A stretch of DNA of 49,315 bases. Source: Phoronis australis. Taxonomy: Eukaryota; Animalia; Phoronida. Positions 11,866 through 22,800 of this stretch are shown piece by piece. The notes under the pieces are model-generated. The model was not told the origin of the DNA. It saw only the letters and a program-made list of their open reading frames with translations, and did no database searches. The stretch is taken from positions 555,079-604,393 of the forward strand of contig NMRA01000234.1 in NCBI GenBank assembly GCA_002633005.1, read 5' to 3'. The position numbers were made by a program, and so were the translations under genes. Numbering within the stretch: the stretch's first letter is position 1; each line of letters opens with the position of its first letter.

Positions 11866-12625
11866 ACGAAGTATAGTCACCAGTCGATATTGGCGTGAGT
11901 AGGCAACAAATATTTGGTGTCCTAGCCCGTCATTTGTTAACCCATAGTAGTTTTTCAAGTTGGCGCGAATGTGTTGAATAATTAATTCGCTTTGTAAATG
12001 TGCGTAGGATGTCGCTTTCTTAACCTTCGTTAGAGTTATGGTAGTTTACACTGCTCCAGCCCTGAAATTTTGACTTTTTCAGACTGAGGCTGTGTTTTGT
12101 TTTATGTGGTGTTTTTCGTTATTGCATATGTCAGTAGTGGCCCAAAACAATCGCTTAATTTAACCTGACAAATTAACGATCATGTACCAACATACACACT
12201 GGCAATGACTACGAATTCTAAGTTCATCTCTGCATGTTAGATGTTTATCACAGCATCACTTTTTATGATTGGTTCAAAAAGGAAATGCCATACAGGTTGA
12301 AAGCAGTCTCACAAACTGGCCGCTCACCACATCATCCGAACAGGTCAGTCCCTCTAAGCCACAAGGTTCTTCAATCTATGACGTCATTTCTCATTGCATT
12401 ATTTATGTCTTACCTCCTCATGACAATATGTCAACATCATAGACATCAAGTAATAAGATATGTATGGTCAGCATAGACTATAGTACATCGACCGCCAATT
12501 CCGTATATTATTTTCAGTGGACGAAATATGGATCTCACGCATAAGCCGTGACGTCATTATTCACTAGCGACACTTGGCAGATATAATACGCATTACTTCC
12601 GGCAAGTACGTCGTCTGCTAATCAT

Positions 12626-13725
12626 CACAGGCGCTGGAATTTCCCGATGACTCATAACCATATATAACAAAACATAAAGGTTGGACACTAAAACTGTCCA
12701 AAATCCAAATAAAATCTGTGTGCACCTCCCTCAGCCTGGTATTGCATAAACATTCGAAGCCTTATCTTTCCTTGATCCCATTAATTGTCCTCGTGAGTGG
12801 TGAACTGGCGATGGAATTTCCAAAATAATCTCAAAACTATGAATTTTAGGACCTAAAATAGTAAACATGGCGGATTTCAGTTGCGCTTCAACTTGTACGC
12901 CTGTCGTAGGTGAAACTTCGAGTTTGAGCAAGCAAACTACATTTCAAATTCAATAATTCTAATCCAAAACTTAACTGATTGAAAATGTTAAAGTTAGTAT
13001 TTTAATGATTATTTGTAATTTTATTCCACTTATAGCTCATTTTAGCCCTTAACTTAAAATTTTATTGCATAAGCTGGCGTATCTTGTTTCTCATCTTGAC
13101 ATCACGCACTTGTCTTGGTTGAAGCAGAACAGACACTAGGCCAGGAAACGCAGTCCGTGAGAGTATTACAATGCGCGTGGCCGACGAGTTAACTCAATGG
13201 CTTTGGCCAAAATTGAAACCTTCATAAGAAATCACAGTACACAAAATAACTTCGCATGTCAATACAGTATCAGGATAATTTATATTTGACACAGATATCT
13301 GAGTAGTTACATTCATTTGGCAATGATATTTTTAAAGTGCTCTCTGCTTCTCATGACCAATTAGTAGGGGGATTGACGACGAAAGGCGCGCGAAAATAGA
13401 CTTTCTGATTTAGCTCGGTTGCGTCCGCCAAAAACCCGGATGTGCGAAGACCGTCTGCCATGACATCAAGGAATAAAGTCCTTGAATTTGTGATTTTGAC
13501 GTTCTTTTGGCATTTTTGTAGTCAAATCACCACTCGAAGGCAATTTGAAGAGATCAAATGAAAGAAGGTATTCTAAGCTTTGTTCGATGGTAGTTTCGCG
13601 GAGTTCCATGCACATTTGAGTAGAAAATTCTGAGCAAACCGATTTTGAGTGTCCAACCTTTATGTTTTCTTAGTATTGAGTGACGTCATTTGCAATTGAG
13701 GAACAGATAAACTCAAGCGCCTGTG
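12626..13725. mobile_element. Non-autonomous DNA transposon with an 8-bp TSD (P-element- or hAT-type)
   Basis: Termini CACAGGCGCT...AGCGCCTGTG. Imperfect TIR extends through AAAACATAAAGGTTGGACACT. Flanks ctaatcat/ccaatcat (8 bp, 1 mismatch). Confidence 0.8.
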
Positions 13726-14344
13726 CCAATCATGATCATTTCGTCGGGATTTGGATCGGCATCCGTGTTTAAATGAATTGAACACTCGCAAAACGTCAAC
13801 TTCTTAAATATAGCTCATATTAATACTCCAGAAATAACCACCAGGCCTACTCAAATACCGTTCTCGCACTTCAACAGCAGTTAACTTGACGTTTCATTTG
13901 AAGCTCGAATGCACGTCGGTGACGCTCAAAATTTCTGGACTTTACTGTTGGAAGACTTGAACAACGTTTCAATGTCGAAATTATTATTTTTTTCTTCGTT
14001 GTACTAGACAGTAAAATAGGTGGAAGAATTTCCCGTTACAATACACTGAGCTTGCTATGTTTAGAGAGTGACGCCTCCTCTTGGACATTTCACAAGAAAA
14101 TGTCGGAGATGCGAATTTGTTGTGTCTATAAGGTATGATGTCAGTAAGACAGCAACAGTAACGTATTCCACTGCTTCTGTCACTTTATGAATAATATTTA
14201 AGCACAAGTGAAAGGGTCAAGTTGCCGTAGTATGTCTAAATCAAACCCGTGTTCTACCAGCATTGGTCACATTACATTTTGACGCGAACATTCATCTTCG
14301 CAGCGCATTTACCCATTAGGCCTACGAAATAGATTAGCGCGTTA

Positions 14345-14654
14345 ATGAGTCTTGCTTCAAAGTGTTATTAAATGAGTACATTTCTACGCGTTGAAATGCG
14401 CTTAATCTACGCATTCTTTTGCTTAATCATATAGTCCAATCACGCCCGTGCTCATAAACTAATTGATTAAGAGCAGAACGATGACCGTTTAAGAAGTAAA
14501 AGTACGCGTAGATTAAGCCAAAGAATGCATAAATTAAGCACAATTACACGTAGATAAAGCAAAAGTACGCGTAAATTAAGCACACGTACTCGTAGATTAA
14601 GCAACTTTCTACGCGCAGAAATGTACTCGTTTAAGAGCCCTTTAGCACTTCATA
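14345..14654. mobile_element. MITE with an internal 5 x 21-bp tandem array
   Basis: ~50-bp inverted ends (TTAAA.GAGTACATTTCT.CGCGT.GAAA...GCTTAATCTACG). Units like AAAAGTACGCGTAGATTAAGC at 14498-14602. Confidence 0.75.
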
Positions 14655-14950
14655 ATGGCGCGGCCTAGAGGCTTTGTAGTCCGGTCTGTGTGAACAATGA
14701 CGACTTAAAATTCATTAAGTAACTCTAGTTTAACAATGCGTCCGTCAAGAAGTCACATGCGACCCTCAGCCCACGAATGCCCCCAAAGCATGAACTGTTT
14801 TCTCCCAGTTCATTCTAATGTTGACAAAGGGACCTCTCTCCATGAACACACTGCCTAGTAAATATGCGCCCATGAAATTTCTATCATATAAGGGAAGATA
14901 AGCCTGCTTTTTACTGATCTGGTGTCTTATTAACATCCTTCGTTTTTCAG

Positions 14951-14992
14951 ATGCGTTCTGGGGGAGAAGTCAGAGGGATGGAGGAAAAGTAG
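14951..14992 (+). CDS. PITP: PITP terminal coding exon (MRSGGEVRGMEEK*)
   Basis: Polypyrimidine tract plus ttttcag acceptor. MRxxGxVRGM matches the class I PITP C-terminal extension; TAG stop. Confidence 0.85.
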   Translation: MRSGGEVRGMEEK

Positions 14993-15531
14993 ACTTCTTT
15001 ACTTGTGTGATATCTTGCTCAGGACAAGAGATTGGTGGAATACAGATTATACTTATGTATACTTTGTTTAAGACAAAAGAATGGTGGAATACAAAACTAC
15101 AGTTGATAATACTTCGTTACATCATCTCCCAAGCGTTGATTGACGATGCCGAGATCAACTTTCTTAAAGTTGTTCATTGCTTAATTTAAAGCGGTTATGC
15201 AGTACGTCCACTTGGCACGTTCCATCCAAGGAGCGAACCTTTAAACTAGACCACTTCTCACATAAAACTGGTCTCAATTTGATCCTCAGATAAGAAGTAA
15301 TTTCTGGGTTTGCGTACATGACAGTTCGCTATTCCTCGAGACCGTGCTCGTTGCATTAAAACTCTCGCGATAAAAAGTAGTGAAAACTACTTTCAAAGTC
15401 TGCTTAACCGGTGGCAAGCATGACCCACGCTTTGATTGAATTACACGGCAACTGTGGCAAATGTCAACCCACCAAGAACCATAGTATCCAGTCTGTGACA
15501 TAGAGACTGAGTGTGAGCTTTTATTTGATTC

Positions 15532-16857
15532 CTGGTTTCATCGTTCAAGAATAACGCCACTGATGCATGAGCAGCCAGCGGCCGTGACAGAACGAGGGTT
15601 GAAATCATTAAAAGAGGATTTGTCCTTTTAACATAATTAAATACTGGAAGAGGTTGACATTAGGGCTTATTCATCTGTTTTTAAATTAGTGAACCACTAT
15701 GTAGTAGTGAATATCTGTCCACCGAATCTGAGTAAGGACAAAGCGGAAAAAGCTCGCTCTCATTAACCCGGCTATAGAGCTCCAGTATGAAAAGTTATTA
15801 TTAGTTTTGTGCTCCTAAATAATTTTTAACTTGACAACAAATGAGAACCTGCGGACATATTCAACTATCGTCGTGCCTTCTAGTGCCAACTATAGTTATT
15901 TTTACTGTAGTTATTTTTACTCTTTAGGATCTCTAAAATTCGGTGCTGAAATAAGTTTCTAATAGGATATACGATCGATCCCACCGTGATTCGGACGGAT
16001 TCGACGTATTCTGCGCCACCTGGTGGCAATTAACAATGCCCTCAAAACGTATCCGGCGTCTTTCGTTACCTTCACTTGTCCGTAGATTCTTCAAAAAACC
16101 GCTTAACAAATCAAGATGTAATTTAGCACAGAGTTAGATGGCGCGTATGCGCTGGGACCGTTCTATTTTCCTATGGATTCGATTCTAGTTGNCTGGTTTC
16201 ATCGTTCAAGAATACCGCCACTGATGCATGAGCAGCCAGCGGCCGTGACAGAACGAGGGTTGAAATCATTAAAAGAGGATTTGTCCTTTTAACATAATTA
16301 AATACTGGAAGAGGCTGACATTAGGGCTTATTCATCTGTTTTTAAATTAGTGAACCACTATGTAGTAGTGAATATCTGTCCACCGAATCTGAGTAAGGAC
16401 AAAGCGGAAAAAGCTCGCTCTCATTAACCCGGCTATAGAGCTCCAGTATGAAAAGTCCCCACGCTATTAGTTTTGTGCTCCTAAATAATTTTTAACTTGA
16501 CAACAAATGAGAACCTTCGGACATATTCAACTATCGTCGTGCCTTCTAGTGCCAACTATAGTTATTTTTACTGTAGTTATTTTTACTCTTTAGGATCTCT
16601 AAAATTCGGTGCTGAAATAAGTTTCTATTAGGATATACGATCGATCCCACCGTGATTCGGACGGATTCGACGTATTCTGCGCCACCTGGTGGCAATTAAT
16701 AATGCCCTCAAAACGTATCCGGCGTCTTTCGTTACCTTCACTTGTCCGTAGATTCTTCAAAAAACCGCTTAACAAATCATGATGTAATTTAGCACAGAGT
16801 TAGATGGCGCGTATGCGCTGGGACCGTTCTATTTTCCTATGGATTCGATTCTAGTTG
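15532..16857. repeat. ~660-bp near-identical tandem duplication joined by one N; probably a haplotype or assembly overlap
   Basis: 15532-16191 and 16193-16857 differ by a few SNPs and one small indel. The N is at 16192. Confidence 0.9.
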
Positions 16858-16996
16858 GCCACTTAATGTTGCTACAAAATATTCTTAGCATGATTTGACT
16901 TTTTGTTTAAAGGATGCCAACACTTTTTGTCAGTTCTGGCTATTGCAACTACCCGGCGTTTTTATCAAATTGCTGTCTCCTTGTACCTCAAATTCA

Positions 16997-18225
16997 AACA
17001 AGAGCAACGCAGAGCGTTGAAATGCGCCCACAGTTGCACCGTATACGGTATCCTTCAAGGGTTGTTTATTGGTACCATAAAGTGGCCAGTAGACATATAT
17101 GTAGTATGTTGTACTTTGCAAAAGGGAAAGGCATGGTCATTGTCTCCTCAATAGGCTAGGTCATCGTCTGTTGTTAACATCATATAATTACACTTATTAA
17201 ATTTCGTAAAGATCCTGCGAACAGTTTAGGAGATACAGCCATAGGCGCAAAAAAAAAAACAAAACTGCCACTAGGAGGCGCCACAGTAATCCAAATCGTC
17301 TGAAAATCATTGTCAGCTGTCTTCCTTATAGTAAGCACATACACGCCAATTTTCACAATCATCCTTTGAGCGGTTTGGTTGATAGAGGGGTGGACGCAAA
17401 AATACAGACTCGAAAACAGTAAAAATGGCCACTAGGTGGCGCAAACTACGTCGAATCCATCTGAAAACAGTAGGATAGCGTCATCTCACTAATAGGTGCC
17501 TATATACCAAATTTCATGAAAATCCGTTCAATACTTTTGAAGATACAAAGGTAAGCGTAAAAAACTAAAATTGCCACTAGGGGGCACACCGGTAGTCGGA
17601 TCTGACCAAAAGTCGTCATCTTCCGTTGTTAACATGATATAAATATACTTACACAATTTGTAAAGATCCTGCGAACGGTTTAGGAGATACAGCCATAGGC
17701 GCAAAAAAACAAAACTGCCACTAGGAGGCGCCACAGTAGTCGAAATCGTCGGAAAATCATCGTCAACCGTCCTCTACATAGTAAGCATATACATGCCAAT
17801 TTTCACAATCATCCTTTGAGCGGTTTGGTTGATAGAGGGGTTGACGCACAAAAACACACTCAAAAACACTAAAATGGCCACCAGGTGGCGCAAACTATGC
17901 CGAATCCATCTGAAAACTGGGGGATAGCGTCATCTCACTACTAGGTGCCTACATACCAAATTTCATGAAAATCCGTTCAGGACTTTTGAAGATACAAAGG
18001 TAAGCGTAAAAAACTAAAATTGCCACTTGGGGGCACACCGGTAGTCGGATCCGTCCGAAAGTTCGCACATGCCGTCCCATTCATGAATGGAACATATGTG
18101 CCAAATTTCATGAACATATGTCAAAGGGTTTTGGAGATAGAGCAGCGGACGCCAGACGCCGGACGCCGGACGGACACCGCCCGTACGGACGGAGATGACG
18201 GCATAATGCGTCCACATATAAATAT
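16997..18225 (-). mobile_element. DINE-1/Helentron-like element with a CTCF-motif subunit array
   Basis: On -, the 3' end is GTGGGCGCA + hairpin CAACGCTCTGCGTTG + CTCTTGTT, and the 5' part is ATGTGGACGCATTATGCCG + (GTCC)-type repeats. Internal ~450-bp trimer, duplicated. Confidence 0.8.
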
Positions 18226-19507
18226 AAAAAAGGAAAATTTGTGCAGTACTCGGTGGAGCAAGCAACCGCTTCAGGGGTCACGCTGTGCTCAGCCCATTTT
18301 GGAGAATCCTCGACCCGTCGCAGAAACGGAGATATGATGGTTTCTCCAACCGTTGAGTGCATTTGATCAGTGTTGATGGATAAAAACGATGCATTGTATT
18401 GTACCATACTGGAACGTGGTTGCCAAGCACATATTGATTATTAGCCTCAACATCAAATTGTGACTGAGATTATGAAAGTGATTGCAACAAGAAAGTTTCT
18501 GTCAGTCTATTCTTGCTCGGGATTTTGTGGGAATGCATGCTATCTATATACCCGTCAATGTTCAATAGTAGAAAATGGAATGTAGATGCCATGACCAAAA
18601 AGTTTGAGGTCACGACTGCAGCCGGCACAGAGTCAGTATTTGGACCCTACCGAAATAATTGACGAATCACAACGGTACAAAGCTTTCACGAATTTCAAAC
18701 AGACAAGGCAGAGCCGAGCATCATTTACCAGCAATAAAATTCAATTAGTATCAAAATGCGTAGATACCATCGTTCGTAACAAACGCACTCAGCATTCGAA
18801 CAAATGATGTCCAGCAGTGGCCACTGCATTAGCGTCTGTGGGCTATGAGACTCAGGGTAAAAACTTTGGCTGCAGATTTGCAGTTCGAGACATGTACATG
18901 TTATATATTACCTGGGAGTAATATACATTGGTCCTAGATATTACTAGAAAGTTAAATCGCGATTCCATAAAAGGCTTCAATTATCACCCACAAATGTCAG
19001 CTCTAAAATCAGGTCTGTCCGCAGACCTTCTAGGTTCCGACTCGGTTCACTTGCCGAAGACGCCAGTGCGAGAGAGTCGAATTCGTACGGCGCCAAACAC
19101 AGAAAGCCTGCCAATATGGCGAGGTCTAACTTAATGTCAGTTTTATCTATGGCCTGGGTGTCGTCTACGCCCCCATATAAAAAATACTCGTCAAAGTCGC
19201 TCTCTAAGTCTTTGTAACTCATAAAATCTCTACTATCCGCCATTGCATATATGCTGTAAACTGATCGACGTCTTCCACTGATGACATCACGTGGCGGCAA
19301 ATCCAAAATAACATTTAGATTTTATGTCATAGAATTATTATACACGGTCTATAAGTGCATAAATTTATTGAGAAAACGCTTTAAAGAATGCCGTCCCTTA
19401 TTTGCATAGGTTTTACAATTTACTCATGCAACAGCTTGTAAAACTTATTTCATTAAACTATATAATTGATCACAGAAACATGGTGCAAATTTAAATTAAC
19501 TTATCAC

Positions 19508-19744
19508 TGTGTGGAATGAATTGGGAGAGCAAAAGTGATAACTGGTTCGTGTAAGGTTAAAAGAACAACTGATTTTATTTGCACAGAAACTACAATATAA
19601 CAATACAGTCATGCAGCCACGTGTAGTAATCACGTGGTACGAGTAGGAGGAGTTAAACTAACCAATAGTATTAAACGTGTAGGTGGGCCCAAATAAGGCA
19701 CAATTCTTAGAATAGATAAATTCATCAAGAAGTCATTCTTGACA
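19508..19744 (-). repeat. 3' LTR of the BEL/Pao element
   Basis: 237 bp with 4 differences from the 5' LTR. Preceded on - by the purine-rich PPT GGCGGCGGAG (19745-19754). Confidence 0.97.
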
Positions 19745-19881
19745 CTCCGCCGCCAGAAAAATGTGAACAAACACAAGTATGATACGGTTAGGTACAATGC
19801 ACGTTAAACTAGGTAATATAGATGGCTAACTACGTCGTTTATATAAGAATACATGATACATGCAAATGCTACGTAAATAGT

Positions 19882-22800
19882 TTATGATAATAATTGTCCA
19901 GTCCAATGTTTAATATTTTGGAGGGCCTGGTCGGCTGCACGTCGTCTCACACGAGGAGGGTTGTCAATTTGATTTTGATCTTGAATAGTATTCCCTCCGA
20001 TATCGTGGTGTAATTCCAAGGGGTATAGTTTAACAACCGGTCGGTTGGTTATTCCATTTTTTGTTTTCAGTGTTGCAGAGCGAACATAGCCATCCGCGCC
20101 GTGGTGAAGTTGTGTAATAATAGCTAACGGCCAGTTAACGCGTTTAGAATCCGAATGTATGAGTACAATATCTCCCACATGGATGTCCGTTTTTGATGAA
20201 CCACCTGTCTTGTTAGTTGCAGCGTGATGTTCGCGTAATGCTGGGAGATATTCGCGTCGCCATTGTGTCCAAAATTTCCGGAAAAGTTGTTGCAAATAGA
20301 TCACACGTTTTCCAAACTGATCGTGAGGTGGGTTAGTTGTGTAGTCCGGATCTTCGAAGTCGTCCAAATTTTCATGCGGTAACGGCATGATCATCCGCCC
20401 GTGAAGTAAATGTGCGGGAGTTATCGGAGATGAATCCGGATTGTCATCCGTGACGTACGTAAGTGGTCGGTTGTTGAGCACAGTCTCTACCTCCGTAACA
20501 AGTGTTGAAAGTTCGTCTAATGTGATGTTCGTGTGACCAAGTGTTTTCTTTAAGCAGTTTTTTGTCATGCCTATCAAACGTTCGTAAAACCCTCCGAACC
20601 ACGGTGCGCGTTTTGGAATGAAACTCCAAGTACATTTGCGGGTTGTAAGATAGTTGGACGCACTTTCGAAAATGTTCGCAATATCCTGTGCTGCTGATAC
20701 GAAATATGAGGCGTTGTCGGAAATCATTTTGGATGGTGTAGACCGTCTGGCTGAGAATCGGCGAAACGCGCGAATAAATGATGATGTTGTAAGTGATGTC
20801 ACAACTTCCAAATGAACCGCTCTTGTTACAGCGCATGTAAACAAGCAAACGTAAGCCTTGTTGGTTTTTGACAGTGAGTTGTCATCGTGGTAAAACAGAT
20901 GTCCAGTAAAGTCTACTCCTGTTATGGTGAAGGGCGGAGCTTCGAGCAGACGGCAGGCTGGAAGTTGACCAGCTACTGGGGTGGGAAATGGTCGTCCTGT
21001 TACGCGTTTACAAATCACGCATGATTTCGTAAACCTGCTGACGAGCTGTCGTAGTTTCGGTATCCAGTATCGTTGTCGAACATAGTTCATTGTGGCCTGT
21101 GGTCCTGAATGGAGTGCTAGCACATGAGCCTGATCAATAATGAGATGACTCAGTCTGTGGTGTGATGGAATTAGAATCGGGTATTTCGTGTTGTAGGGTA
21201 ATGTTGAGTTCTCCATACGTCCCGCCACGCGAATTATACCATCAGCGTCCAAGAATAGATTTAATTGTTTGACAAGTGGCGCCTTTGATTTTGAATTTGC
21301 CTTCAGTGCTTGAAGTTCAGTAGAGTAGTACTCCGACTGTGCACATTTAATCCACAGTAAACTAGCTTGTTGCAGTTCCTTAACAGTAACATAACTTGAC
21401 GTGTTACGTAAACGTCTAGTGAACCGCATAACATATGCGGTTACACGCAATAATTTGTTCAGCGTGGCATATCGGTTGATATCTATAATGTTGTTTATTC
21501 CAATTTCGTCTGGCGATCCCAGTGATGCTGTGTTGATAGCTGCAATAGGATTGTCGCAGGTGCAATCCACATTTTCCGAAGACTCGCAAGTCGTTGTCAA
21601 CACTGCAGTGAGTGGCCAATCGCCACGCGTTAGCCATGATGGCCCGTGCCACCATAACGTAGATTTTTTCAGTTGATCGATAGTAATACCTCTAGTTAAT
21701 AAATCTGCTGGATTGTCCTTGGTGGGGCAGTAATTTACAGAGTCAAACTTGGCAGATTTGACTTCATTGACACGATTCTGAACAAATATTGGTAGTTTTT
21801 TCGTTCCTGTGATCCAATGAATTGCTATTTGACTGTCCAGCCAGAGAACCCGTTTGGTGATGTTTAGCGAACTAGCAATAGATGCGGATACATAGTTTGC
21901 TAGCCTAGCTCCTACTAGAGCCGACATTAGTTCCAAGCGTGGGATGGTGATTTGTTTCAATGGTTTAACACGCGTTTTGGCCATTACGATTGATGATTCT
22001 TTCTTCGTCGTGAGAAAACAGACAGCTCCGTATGCGTCACTGCTGCTGTCACAAAACATGTGCAATTCGACATCGTTGGATTCTTCTGTGAAATATCGGC
22101 GATTACATGTTGTCGTACGAGCTTTTTGTAGGTCGGCGTTTATCGTTCGCCATTCTTCTGTTAATGATTCTGGCAGTTCGTCATCCCACCGGTAGTTTTC
22201 TATCCACAGTTTTTGAATAAATATTTTAGCCCGAACGTGCACTGGCGACAGAAATCCGAGGGGGTCGAATAGCGATGATGTTGTACTTACAACGTCTCGT
22301 TTTGTTGGGGTGGTAGCGTCCAAAGGATGTGATTTGAATTTGTCCGCGAAAGACAATTCATCGGCTGTGGTGTCCCATCGCATTCCTAGCAAGTTGACTG
22401 TGGGGTTACTGTCCTGTCTGTTATCCTTAATAGTCAGACTCCTTAGTCGAGGGTCATTAGTCGCCCAAGAGCGTAAATGGAAGCCAGCTGTGCTTAGTAC
22501 CTCGTTGATTTCTGTGTAGTATTGCTTTGCTTTGCCTCGGGGCATGCTGCGTACAATATTGTCAACATAAACATCATTAGTCACGTTGGTGAATGATGGT
22601 TTATTTTCAATGTCCAAGTGATGTTTTAGCACCGAGTTTAGAATGAACGGTGAGGACGATGATCCAAAGAGTACAGAGGTGAAGCGTAGAACTTTGAAGT
22701 CGCTGTTCCGATCGTGTGGATTGGACAGCCAGAGAAATTTGGTGTAATTTCGGTCCTGCTGAGCTAACTTAACGTTGAGGAATGCCTTTTCAATGTCGCT

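Noticed and set aside
14498-14602. CRISPR-like array
   Set aside because: Contiguous degenerate units with no unique spacers, no cas genes and a eukaryotic context.
15532-16857. 660-bp tandem duplication as a biological event
   Set aside because: The copies are joined by a single N and differ like alleles, so this is most likely uncollapsed haplotype overlap.
17268-18040. Regularly spaced conserved motifs as a CRISPR array
   Set aside because: The intervening sequences are themselves repeats (450-bp trimer) within a dispersed element.
18977-19306. Acidic ORF MADSRDF...
   Set aside because: No recognisable domain or further exons.
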